64,000 bases of DNA from a virus, in IMG/VR virus record IMGVR_UViG_3300032893_000001, positions 24,183 to 88,182 of that record. The stretch is one strand, 5' to 3'. The number at the start of each line of letters is the position of its first letter. The stretch's first letter is position 1. The translations under genes and the position numbers were made by a program. Shown here piece by piece: positions 37,524-46,643 of this stretch. The notes beneath the pieces are model-generated. The model did not search any database. It was not told where the DNA came from and was given only the letters and a program-made list of their open reading frames with translations.

Positions 37524-38242
37524 CCAGCCCCATCGCTTCGCTGACCCCGCAGAACGCTCCCCGTGACGTCGTGCTTCTCACGCGCGCCGGCCGCTTCGCT
37601 CTGCGCAACCTCGCACGCGCCCTCGGCTTGACGAACAGCGACGACCAGAACGTCGCCTTCATGGGAATGCCGACGGAGAAGCAGGCCGAGGAGATTCTCA
37701 AGGCGCTCCAGAACTTCGACCGTGCCGGTGGCACTCCCGAGGCACCCGCGGCCGCGCCCCAGCCGACGTTCACGCCTCCGGCGCACGTCAACGGCGCCAC
37801 TGCCCCGATGATGCCGGCAGCAATGGTGCCCGCGGCAGCCGCTCCGGCCCCGACGGCAGCAGCTCCGTCCGAAGGCAAGCGCCAGCTTCGTCGCACGCCG
37901 CAGAACAACGGGGCACCCGCCGCGGCCGCTCCGGCCCCGGCTCCTCAACCCGCAGCCCCTGTCCCGACGGTTGCCGCGAGCGTCGACCTGACGCCCGTGC
38001 TGACGGCCATCGGCAACCTCGAGGCCAAGGTCGCCAAGTCCGCCAAGGACGACAAGCGGGAGATCTTGGACGAGCTCGAGTTCCTCCGCAACCAGGTCGC
38101 CGTCTGCATGGGGCTGGTCGTCGTCGGGCTCCAGCAGAACATCGAAGCGTCGACGCAGGACTTGCTCGCCGCTGCGCTCGAGGAGGCTCCTGGCATTCAG
38201 GACGCCCTGGTGGCCATGGGAAAAGCCAAGAAGAAGGGGTGA
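37520..38242 (+). CDS. Hypothetical protein with Pro/Ala-rich linker
   Basis: ATGA coupling; strongly biased codons; terminator downstream. Confidence 0.75.
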   Translation: MTSPIASLTPQNAPRDVVLLTRAGRFALRNLARALGLTNSDDQNVAFMGMPTEKQAEEILKALQNFDRAGGTPEAPAAAPQPTFTPPAHVNGATAPMMPAAMVPAAAAPAPTAAAPSEGKRQLRRTPQNNGAPAAAAPAPAPQPAAPVPTVAASVDLTPVLTAIGNLEAKVAKSAKDDKREILDELEFLRNQVAVCMGLVVVGLQQNIEASTQDLLAAALEEAPGIQDALVAMGKAKKKG

Positions 38243-38300
38243 GCGTTCCGCCGTGGCCTGGTGCCCGGTGGCCGCGCCCCGATGACTTCGGATGAAGGGT

Positions 38301-38335
38301 GGCCAGGTACCGCGAGGTACCTGGCCTTCTTCTTT
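38301..38335 (+). terminator. Intrinsic terminator
   Basis: GGCCAGGTACC-GCGA-GGTACCTGGCC followed by TTCTTCTTT. Confidence 0.75.
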
Positions 38336-38343
38336 GGAGGCGA

Positions 38344-38940
38344 ATGGACACACTCGAATGGTTCAAGAACCTGTGCCGCTACAACGACGGCACCAAAGCA
38401 CCTCGTGAGCCGCTCTCCGTTCTGATGAGTGACGGAGACGTCTACACCTTCGGCACGGACTTGTGCTCGATCGTGGTGGCTCATTCTCTTCCCGGAATCG
38501 AAAGCGCGCACACGTTCGAGACAGCGAGCACGACCGAGCCGTTTCAGAAGATTCTCGAGGTCGTACGTGCTGCCCAAGAGCAGAGCAAAGAAGTCGGAGT
38601 TCTCGACGCGCTGCTTTTGAAAGAGATCGTGGGGGAGCCTACGTGGACCAAGGAGGAGGTCGAGGCCATCTGGGAAAAGGAGCAACCGAACGTCTGCATC
38701 GGGGACAGCTACTACACGGTGCCCGTACTCGCGCGAACGTTGGCCGGATGGCAAGAACCCCTGGCGAAGGTCTACCAAGCGCCTGCGTTCTTCATGCGCG
38801 AAGGAGGACGAGACGACCTCCTCATGATTTGCGGCAGCAACTTGCTCGCGCTCTGCGCGCCGTACTGGAAGAGCGATGAGCAGACCAAGCTGCTTACGGT
38901 CGAGCTCCCCGAGGGCTGGTTCGTGCCGAAGAAGGGGTGA
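38344..38940 (+). CDS. Hypothetical protein
   Basis: GGAGG SD then ATG 38344. Confidence 0.7.
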   Translation: MDTLEWFKNLCRYNDGTKAPREPLSVLMSDGDVYTFGTDLCSIVVAHSLPGIESAHTFETASTTEPFQKILEVVRAAQEQSKEVGVLDALLLKEIVGEPTWTKEEVEAIWEKEQPNVCIGDSYYTVPVLARTLAGWQEPLAKVYQAPAFFMREGGRDDLLMICGSNLLALCAPYWKSDEQTKLLTVELPEGWFVPKKG

Positions 38941-38958
38941 CCCCCTTCTTTTTAGCCC
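38929..38958 (+). terminator. Intrinsic (probably bidirectional) terminator at a convergent junction
   Basis: AAGAAGGGG-TGAC-CCCCTTCTT followed by TTTAGCCC. Confidence 0.8.
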
Positions 38959-38965
38959 CCGGCGC

Positions 38966-41900
38966 CTACGTTCCTGATGGTTTCGTGGCTCTGACGCGAT
39001 TTTGCGGCTGCATCGCAGGCGGAAGAGCGCGATTTGCGCGAGGGTCCGCCAACTGCTCAGCCGACTCCACCCCAGATCGAATACCTCCTGCGAGGTAGGG
39101 GGCGCCCACGGTCGGTCCGGGCTTCCCCGTGGCGTGTGGAGGCACGAATCCCGGCAGCTCACCTACGAGGTCGTGGATGCCGAGAACGTCGCTCAGCGGG
39201 CGCTCGAAGAGGCCAGCGAGGGCAAGCGTATCGGCCACCGCCGCAGCATCCGAAGCCTTACGGAAGAGCTCTCGACCTGACGCGATCGCATCAGAAGCAG
39301 CCACGCTGTCGGAGAGGGAGACGAGAAGCAGCCGGTAGGCATCCGTCTTCGTAAAGTCGCTGACGGTTGCAGCTTCGACGGCTGCGCGCACGTACTCGAC
39401 CTTGCGCAGCAAGACGTCTGAGGTCGTGATGCTGTCCGATAGAGAGACGTCCTTCACCTCCGTCTCGGCCAACGAGTCCGTCACCGAGGCAGCGTCTGCG
39501 ATCGATACAGTGAAGAAACGGAAGGGCTGAACAACGAGCGTGTCACTCGTTGCAAGGGCATCTGACGTCGACCTCGACGTCTGCGTACTACGAAGGGCTG
39601 CATCCGTCGCCGAGACCGCGTCCGTCTTACTGCGGAGGTACTGCGCATCTTTCTTCAGCGAGTCCGTCGCCGAGACCGCGTCCGATCGACTGATGTTCTT
39701 GGAGCTCGAGCGACTCGTTACATCCGAGACAGCGATCGAGTCTGAAAGAGAGATGTCTTCGCTCTTGCTCGTTCCCGCTTGAATCGACTCGGTGATGCCG
39801 ACTGCATCAGTGAGCGGACGATAGAAGTCGACACGACGTGCAATCGTGTCGACCACCGCGACCGCATCGTGCGGGAATCGATCGACGATGACTCTCGCCT
39901 GGTCCGTGACAGACGCCGTGTCGCTTGCCGCGCGGTACGCCGTCTTCGATGTAGCCGTCGCGTCGGTGACACTAGAAGAATCGGAAGCGGCGCGTGCGTA
40001 CTGCGCATCGCGCTTTGAAGTGTCGGTGACCGTCGCAACGTCCGACAAGGAACGGAAGACCTGACGATCTCTCTTCACCGAGTCGGTGACTGCCGCAGTG
40101 TCGGTGACCGTTCGGAATGCCTGCTTGTCTCTCGCCGTCGAATCGGTGACCGCCGCAGTATCCGTCGACGAACGGCGGTACTGCACATCCTTGTTGAGCG
40201 TGTCCGAAACGGACGCCGTGTCCGAAACGACGATGTTGAAGAAGCCCGCGCTCTGCGCGCTAACTGCGTCCGTCGTGGACGCCGAATCGGAGACGATCTT
40301 GTTGACGACGCGCGCCGTCGTAAGCGCATCTGACGTCGAAGCAGCGTCGGTGACGGGCTTGTTGTACTCGACCGTCTTCGAGACACTGTCGAGAACCACG
40401 GCTGTATCGGAAGCGGTGCGAAGGTACGTCTTGGCAAGAAGTGCCGTTGCCGTATCCGACGCCGCAATCGAATCCGTCGACGTCTTGTTGTACGTCGCAC
40501 TGGTGGAGGCGGCGTCAGTAGAAGAAACCGAGTCCGTGCGCGGGCGGTAGTACTCGACTCCGCGAAGAACGGAGTCGGAAACAGACGCTGTATCGCTGAC
40601 AGTGCGATCGATCTGCCGCAGGACCGATGCCGAGACAGCGTCCGTGACGGAGGCGCTATCCGACGTTGCTCGGATGGACTGGGTGCTTCTTACGACGCCG
40701 TCACTCGTAGTGACCGTGTCGTTCGCGCTGATGAGGATGACGCCAGCCTTGCTAACGACGACTGCGTCTGCTGCGCTGGCTGTGTCGGTGATCGTACGGA
40801 TGTACTGGACGTTGCGAAGCAACGTATCCGTGAGCGCAGCGGTATCAGTGACCGCACGGAAGACTTGTCGATCTCGTGTGATCGAGTCAGTGACCGAGAG
40901 CGCATCCGAAGCAGCACGGAACGCTTGCTTGTCTCTCGCAACGGTGTCCGTCACCGTCGCGGTGTCACTCAAGGAGATGGAATAGAAGCCGTACTTCAGC
41001 CGAACGACGGAGTCTGAAACGCTCGCGGTGTCGGAGATCGTACGGAACTTCTGAGCGTCCCGTGCAACTGAGTCGGTTGTTGCGAGCGTGTCGGTGACGA
41101 CTCGGTTCGTCTGCGTGCTGCGAAGCAGCGTGTCGGTGACAGACGCGGTATCGCTCGCCGAGCGAAAGGCTTGCTTGTCACGCGCGACCGAGTCCGAAGT
41201 CGTCGGCGCATCCGACAAGAGGCGCAAGAACTGAGCGTCCTTCTTCGTCGTGTCAGAGACAGTCGCCGTGTCAGCCGCGGTGCGGAACGCTTGCTTATCT
41301 CGAGCAGCCGTGTCCGAGACGGTCGCGGTGTCCGTGATCGCTCGAAATGCCTGCTTGTCACGCGCGACCGAATCAGAAGACGCCGCAGTATCCGACGCCG
41401 TTCGAATGTACTGGACGTTCCGAACGAGAGAGTCGGTGACGCTCGCGGTGTCGCTGACCGTGACGGTGATCTGACGAATGAGCGCAACAGAAGCCGAGTC
41501 GGTGACGCCCGCAGTGTCATTACTTGATCGTGCGTACTGGACATCCCGCGCCAGCGTGTCTGTCGACGTCGCCGTGTCTGAAGGTACTCGGTTCCACTGC
41601 GCGTTCTTCGAGAGAGCATCCGTTACAGCAGCCGTATCCGTTACGGCTCGGAATGCCTGCTTGTCGCGCGCAGCCGCGTCGGTGATGGCTGCCGTGTCGG
41701 TGACCGCGCGGAACGCCTGCTTGTCCCTGGCGATCGTATCGGTGACCGATGCGGTGTCGGACACCGCGCGAAACGCCTGCTTGTCCCTCGCGACAGTGTC
41801 GGTGACCGACGCCGTGTCCGAAGGCACGCGATTCCACTGCGCGGTCTTCGCAAGTGTGTCCGCTACGGAGGCGGTGTCCGTGACCGCGCGGAACGCCTGC

Positions 41901-42787
41901 TTGTCGCGCGCGACGGAGTCGGTGACTGCCGCAGTGTCGCTGACTGTTCGAAACGCTTGCTTGTCGCGCGCAACCGTGTCGGTGACCGCCGCGGTATCGG
42001 AGATGGCGCGAAAGGCTTGCTTGTCTCGAGCAGCGGAGTCGGTGACCGCCGCCGTGTCCGAGACTGCACGAAACGCCTGCTTGTCCCGCGCCGCCGTGTC
42101 CGAAGATGAAACCGAATCCGAGACTGCGCGAAAGACTTGTCGATCTCGCGCTACCGAGTCCGTGACCGCCGCAGTGTCCGAGACAGTACGGAAGGCTTGC
42201 TTGTCGCGCGCTACCGAATCGGTGACGCTCGCAGTGTCCGTTGCCGCTCGATCGTAGGTGGTACCCGAGCTGATCTTCGTCGCAGTGACTGAGTCCGTGA
42301 CCGAAGCAGTGTCCGTGCTCGAGCGGAACTCTTGTCGATCGACAGCCACCGAGTCCGTGACCGACGCAGTGTCTGCCGTGACGAACCGATTGATCGGAAA
42401 CGAAACATCGAAGAGAGAAGCGCTGTTCCCGCTCGAGAAGGTGATCGTGAAGCGGATGTCTTCAACGACAAGAACGTCGACAACCGCAAGGGTGTCCTTG
42501 AACCCAAGCGGCACACTGCTGAGAACAAGCTTGTCCGTGATGGACAGCGTGGACAGGAGTCCAGCGTCGACACCTGTTGCTAGCGGACGATCGTAGAATG
42601 CACGCTTGAAAGGAAATGAGTCACGAATCGACGCCGAGTGCGTGTTCGGTTCGCGATACCAGTGACCTGTGTTCGTAGCGACAGTATCGGGCTGACTCGG
42701 AGAGAACTTCTTGAACGCGAGGTACCAGCCACCGTCCGTGCCGGTGAAGTTACCTCGAACGCCTCCGAAGAAGTTTTGACCAGCCAC
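38966..42787 (-). CDS. Large Ser/Thr/Asp/Ala-rich repeat protein (long fibre/whisker shaft candidate)
   Basis: 1273 aa built mostly of about 20-aa units DTAAVTDSVARDKQAFRAVT. Confidence 0.8.
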   Translation of the reverse strand: MAGQNFFGGVRGNFTGTDGGWYLAFKKFSPSQPDTVATNTGHWYREPNTHSASIRDSFPFKRAFYDRPLATGVDAGLLSTLSITDKLVLSSVPLGFKDTLAVVDVLVVEDIRFTITFSSGNSASLFDVSFPINRFVTADTASVTDSVAVDRQEFRSSTDTASVTDSVTATKISSGTTYDRAATDTASVTDSVARDKQAFRTVSDTAAVTDSVARDRQVFRAVSDSVSSSDTAARDKQAFRAVSDTAAVTDSAARDKQAFRAISDTAAVTDTVARDKQAFRTVSDTAAVTDSVARDKQAFRAVTDTASVADTLAKTAQWNRVPSDTASVTDTVARDKQAFRAVSDTASVTDTIARDKQAFRAVTDTAAITDAAARDKQAFRAVTDTAAVTDALSKNAQWNRVPSDTATSTDTLARDVQYARSSNDTAGVTDSASVALIRQITVTVSDTASVTDSLVRNVQYIRTASDTAASSDSVARDKQAFRAITDTATVSDTAARDKQAFRTAADTATVSDTTKKDAQFLRLLSDAPTTSDSVARDKQAFRSASDTASVTDTLLRSTQTNRVVTDTLATTDSVARDAQKFRTISDTASVSDSVVRLKYGFYSISLSDTATVTDTVARDKQAFRAASDALSVTDSITRDRQVFRAVTDTAALTDTLLRNVQYIRTITDTASAADAVVVSKAGVILISANDTVTTSDGVVRSTQSIRATSDSASVTDAVSASVLRQIDRTVSDTASVSDSVLRGVEYYRPRTDSVSSTDAASTSATYNKTSTDSIAASDTATALLAKTYLRTASDTAVVLDSVSKTVEYNKPVTDAASTSDALTTARVVNKIVSDSASTTDAVSAQSAGFFNIVVSDTASVSDTLNKDVQYRRSSTDTAAVTDSTARDKQAFRTVTDTAAVTDSVKRDRQVFRSLSDVATVTDTSKRDAQYARAASDSSSVTDATATSKTAYRAASDTASVTDQARVIVDRFPHDAVAVVDTIARRVDFYRPLTDAVGITESIQAGTSKSEDISLSDSIAVSDVTSRSSSKNISRSDAVSATDSLKKDAQYLRSKTDAVSATDAALRSTQTSRSTSDALATSDTLVVQPFRFFTVSIADAASVTDSLAETEVKDVSLSDSITTSDVLLRKVEYVRAAVEAATVSDFTKTDAYRLLLVSLSDSVAASDAIASGRELFRKASDAAAVADTLALAGLFERPLSDVLGIHDLVGELPGFVPPHATGKPGPTVGAPYLAGGIRSGVESAEQLADPRANRALPPAMQPQNRVRATKPSGT
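39200..42400 (-). repeat. Coding tandem repeat, 60-nt/20-aa period, best conserved about 41640-42250
   Basis: Units align vertically in the 60-nt lines; about 13 exact RDKQAFR copies with many synonymous differences. Confidence 0.9.
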
Positions 42788-42798
42788 GCTTCACCACG

Positions 42799-43614
42799 TC
42801 AGTTGTACGCAGTACGCAGGTTCATCCAGAAGTTCGTCGCGGTCGTCGCAGTAGCCAAAGCGTAAAACGAAAGAGACGCTCCATCGAAGATCTGCGGAAG
42901 CGCCGCGATCTGAAGAACAAGATCTCGCTCGTTCCACTGGTTGGCAATCAACGGCAAGTACGCCAACGGACGAATGAGCACCACGTTCACGACGCCCGCG
43001 GTGTTCGCGGTGCCGACGTTGAGCCCGACCTGCACGCTCTTGACGCCCTTGTCGCCGGCAGCGATCGGCAAGGGGCCAATGGCGCAGTCCTTCACCGTAG
43101 CAGCCGCGGGGAAGCTGATGTTGCCTCCCACTTGGCTCGCGCCGTTCACGTCACCCGTGTACGAGCTCAAGTTGACGGTCGCGATGGTGGTCGTAGAAGC
43201 GGTCGTGACCTCGAGCCAGCACTGCACGTTCGTGCCACTCGTGTACCGCGGCAGGGTGGTGCTGTTGACCGTCTTGTTTCCTGTCGAAGCTGTCGAGATA
43301 CCGCTGACGCCTACGAGGCGATCGTAGACCATCAGCATCGTGTTCTGCGTGGCGCACGCGCCGAAGGACAGAAGGTATCGCTGCTTCGTGCTGACGTTCG
43401 CAAAAGTGATCGCGGTGGTCGACCCCGAGTACGACGTACCGGGCGTTGTCGCCGGCTCCGCTCCAGCCGCAGGAAGACCAGCAGCGATCCACAGACGATG
43501 CCACGAGCCAGCTCCCTGCATCGCAGAGCCGACCTTGAAGCCTTGCCCATCGTCGTACTGACCGTTGGTCGTAATTTGGTTGATGAGATCGTCGTATCCG
43601 GTGAAGCCAGCCAT
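42799..43614 (-). CDS. Virion structural protein (fibre-associated, beta-rich)
   Basis: 271 aa, Thr/Gly/Ala-rich, in the fibre block. Confidence 0.6.
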   Translation of the reverse strand: MAGFTGYDDLINQITTNGQYDDGQGFKVGSAMQGAGSWHRLWIAAGLPAAGAEPATTPGTSYSGSTTAITFANVSTKQRYLLSFGACATQNTMLMVYDRLVGVSGISTASTGNKTVNSTTLPRYTSGTNVQCWLEVTTASTTTIATVNLSSYTGDVNGASQVGGNISFPAAATVKDCAIGPLPIAAGDKGVKSVQVGLNVGTANTAGVVNVVLIRPLAYLPLIANQWNERDLVLQIAALPQIFDGASLSFYALATATTATNFWMNLRTAYN

Positions 43615-43617
43615 GGG

Positions 43618-43998
43618 TCACTCCCTCGTGAGCTCTTCTTCGATCCACTTCGAGATCGTCTGCCAAATCTCGTTGGCCTCGCGAACGTTGAACTTGAACT
43701 GCTGCGGCATGAGTGCCACCGAGTGCCCCACCTTCAACGAGCCGACGGCCTCTCGAATGTGACGAACGGCAACCGAGGCACGCTCCACGTCGAGCATGAC
43801 GGAGTTCTGGTGCTGCCTCGTATCTTCTCGATCGCGCACCATCAACCAGAGTCTTCCCTTGCCCGTCTTCTCTCGGAAGATCGTCAACAGATGACGGCCG
43901 TCGACAGTCGACACCTCTTTCAAGATGTCGCCGCTTTGCAGCGTGTCGTGAAGAACGCTGTCAGGAATCTGAAGACCGGGAGAGATCGGAGAGAGCAT
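43618..43998 (-). CDS. Hypothetical protein
   Basis: TGATG coupling; fills the operon. Confidence 0.6.
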   Translation of the reverse strand: MLSPISPGLQIPDSVLHDTLQSGDILKEVSTVDGRHLLTIFREKTGKGRLWLMVRDREDTRQHQNSVMLDVERASVAVRHIREAVGSLKVGHSVALMPQQFKFNVREANEIWQTISKWIEEELTRE

Positions 43999-45962
43999 CA
44001 GACCGCCGTCGCGTTGGCAGATCTTCCGAGGTGCGTCGCGTCTTGATACGCCTCGGTGTAGACCGGGATGGTGTTGTCATACCACGACATCGAGAAGGAG
44101 CCGCCGCTCGCTGTCGTGGTCGTAGCGATCAGCTCTCCGGTGTCCGAGCGGTGGGCGTTCACAGTGATGCCAGACCCCGCTCCCGTGTACCCACGGACGA
44201 TGCCTTGAATCGTGTACACGATCGAGTGGTACGTCATGTAGAACATGAGCGCAGTCGAAGAACCTCCGGGCACTGAGCCTACTGTTCTCCATGTGCGCGT
44301 CACGAGGGGGTTTGCTCGCGTCGTATCCGGGTCGTTGTAGAAACGATCCCACTGCTTGCGATTCGCACCGTAGCCAGGGTCGTGGAACGTCGTGAAGTTC
44401 GGGTTCACCCACGCCGCTGCCGTTCCCCATCCGTTGCCAAGGAGTTCACCGCCTTGATACTGAAAGGTGAAGTTGAAGCCGTCGTGCTGCGTCGTCTTGT
44501 AGAGCGGCACGAACCCGTTGTTCCACCACGACGTCGACTCGCTCAGCGCGAACCCGGTCACCGACACGTCGTTCGTAGCTCCGACGTTGTACACGTCGTT
44601 GAAGCCAGCCCAGAACACTGTCTTGTTGTGAACACCGTCGCCGTTGGTGTGCTTGCCGCTCGTGTAGTTCAAGTAGAGCACGGCGTACGTGCAACTGATC
44701 ACGTTATACGTGCTGTTGAACGTGCCATTGGCATAGAGCTGGAAGTACGTCGAGTTCTTTCCTCGAGCGATCGTAAACGCTGCGCCACCAGTAGCACTGG
44801 GGTCACAGCGAAGCTGAAGTGTAACGTGCGTTCCGGCCGCCCACGTCTTCACGAATCCGGCGGTGTCTGGAGATGCGTACGCGGTGTACCCTGCCTGGGC
44901 ACCGGCCTTCAGCTCGAGAGCGTCTCCCGCGTTGCTTTCGATCTGGTACCCGCACCTAACTTGGATTGCCGACTGCACCATCGTGATGCTGCCGGGTTCT
45001 TCGATCCAGAACTCGCACGGGTACGCAATCAACTTTGTAACAGAAGTGATGTCTTGCTCCCCCCACGACAAGATGTCGAACGGGATCATCACCGAGTTCA
45101 AGATCGTCGTACTCGTAGAGTGCGTGTACGTATACGTCACGTGCAACACGACTGAGATGTCGTAGTTCGCGTTCGTCTGGTTGCACGACGCTTTGAACGC
45201 ATGCGTCGCGTTCGTCGTCATGTCCGTGCGCTTCCAAAGCCAGCGCTCGACTCCCTGATCGCTCGAACTGCTTCCACCGCTATGGACAATGTCGAGCGTG
45301 AAGGCCGATTCTGAGTCGAGCGCAAGCGACGTCGTACTGTTCGCGTTCGGATTGCGCAGCGCGATGTTCACCTCGAAGAAGATGTCCGTCACCGTGACGC
45401 TCGACTCCGGGAGGAACGTCGAAAGGTTCGGAATCTCGGCGCTGCCCCCGACCTGCGTGAGGCTTCCCGTGAGCGCGCCCGTTCCACCTTCGAGTGGAAT
45501 GCGCACCGTCTTGCATCGAGTGTCGTTTGTGTCGTCGCACTCGTAGGTGATGATCAGCTTCGCGCAGATGTTCCCCGTCGCCACCGGGCACTGGAACTTG
45601 AGGACCGCGGTCTGAGTCGTGCCGCCGCCGAAGTTCGTCGTGAAGTTCGTCGTGACGTCGATCCAGTGCTGCTCCGTCCCCATGTCGAGGTACGTGGCAC
45701 CGCCCGACGTGTCGATGCCAACGGTGTAGTTCGAAGCAGACGCGGCACCGAGCTGCAAACTTGCTGTCGGCGCAGTCGTGTTGCTCGTCAACGCCGTGAT
45801 CGAACCCTTGTACATGATCACGAGGATCACGCTCTTGAAGGTTCGACTCGAGGTCTCCGGGATGGTCACCGTGAGCGTCGAGAAGGTAAGCTGCGACCCA
45901 CCCGTTTGCGGACCGACCGAACCGGTGAACGCGTACTCGACTGTCTTGGTGTGAAGCGCCAC
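43998..45962 (-). CDS. Virion structural / receptor-binding protein candidate
   Basis: AGGAGAG SD; 654 aa Thr/Ser/Gly-rich beta protein with C-terminal carboxypeptidase-regulatory-like segment. Confidence 0.6.
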   Translation of the reverse strand: MALHTKTVEYAFTGSVGPQTGGSQLTFSTLTVTIPETSSRTFKSVILVIMYKGSITALTSNTTAPTASLQLGAASASNYTVGIDTSGGATYLDMGTEQHWIDVTTNFTTNFGGGTTQTAVLKFQCPVATGNICAKLIITYECDDTNDTRCKTVRIPLEGGTGALTGSLTQVGGSAEIPNLSTFLPESSVTVTDIFFEVNIALRNPNANSTTSLALDSESAFTLDIVHSGGSSSSDQGVERWLWKRTDMTTNATHAFKASCNQTNANYDISVVLHVTYTYTHSTSTTILNSVMIPFDILSWGEQDITSVTKLIAYPCEFWIEEPGSITMVQSAIQVRCGYQIESNAGDALELKAGAQAGYTAYASPDTAGFVKTWAAGTHVTLQLRCDPSATGGAAFTIARGKNSTYFQLYANGTFNSTYNVISCTYAVLYLNYTSGKHTNGDGVHNKTVFWAGFNDVYNVGATNDVSVTGFALSESTSWWNNGFVPLYKTTQHDGFNFTFQYQGGELLGNGWGTAAAWVNPNFTTFHDPGYGANRKQWDRFYNDPDTTRANPLVTRTWRTVGSVPGGSSTALMFYMTYHSIVYTIQGIVRGYTGAGSGITVNAHRSDTGELIATTTTASGGSFSMSWYDNTIPVYTEAYQDATHLGRSANATAV

Positions 45963-45972
45963 GACCGCTCTC

Positions 45973-46152
45973 CTATGCTAGCCGCACGTGCCGGCAAAGA
46001 GGCATCGCACAGATGCGACGCGGCCGTCCCTCCTCGTCCTTCGTGTGCTCTTTGGTCTCTCTGCCGCAACGTTCGCAGGGGTGGCGCGCGGGCACTGCCG
46101 GCGCCAACCCCACGACCGTTTGATCGGTGGCAGCGACGTTGTCGTCGGCCAT
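45973..46152 (-). CDS. Small Zn-finger protein (59 aa)
   Basis: TAATG coupling; CERC...CAMPLC. Confidence 0.55.
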   Translation of the reverse strand: MADDNVAATDQTVVGLAPAVPARHPCERCGRETKEHTKDEEGRPRRICAMPLCRHVRLA

Positions 46153-46643
46153 TACGAGATGCGAGCGCTGTAGGTGATGCGGAGCTTGTCGTGCGTCGTC
46201 TTGTTGACCGACGTGAACGTCGCGCGCATCAGCGCCGAGCCGCCCGGCGAGGTGTGCTGGTTGAACAGCGCCACTTCCTGGATGTTGGTCGCGCTCTTGG
46301 TACCGCCACCGCTCGGGTAGCTGATGACCCACTGCATGGTGCGCGTGCCGGAGAGCAACGTCTTCGAGTCGCATGTCTTGAGCGTTCCGGTCACCGGGCT
46401 CGTGACGTTCGTCTGACCCGAGTTCGCCGCCTGGCTCGAGGTGCCGATGCGGAGGAACTGGAACACCTTGGCGTTCAATCCCGTCGCCTGGCGCCAGAGC
46501 TGTCGCTTGCCGGTGTTGACGATGAGGTTGTGGGTGCGACGTCGATCGATGACCTCGGGGCCGTTGTGGCCGTCGCGGATCACTTCGATGTCGACGTACC
46601 CACCGAGAAGCTCGACGTTGTCGTTGATATCACTGCTGTCCAT
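46152..46643 (-). CDS. Tail-collar / fibre-anchoring protein
   Basis: GGAGGAG SD; HNLIVNTG, IGTS, EVALFN and VNKT..L.ITY pattern; paralogue of 51422-52081. Confidence 0.65.
   Translation of the reverse strand: MDSSDINDNVELLGGYVDIEVIRDGHNGPEVIDRRRTHNLIVNTGKRQLWRQATGLNAKVFQFLRIGTSSQAANSGQTNVTSPVTGTLKTCDSKTLLSGTRTMQWVISYPSGGGTKSATNIQEVALFNQHTSPGGSALMRATFTSVNKTTHDKLRITYSARIS

Noticed and set aside
41640-42250. 60-nt periodic DNA as a CRISPR array
   Set aside because: No repeat-spacer alternation; variation is mostly synonymous within an open reading frame
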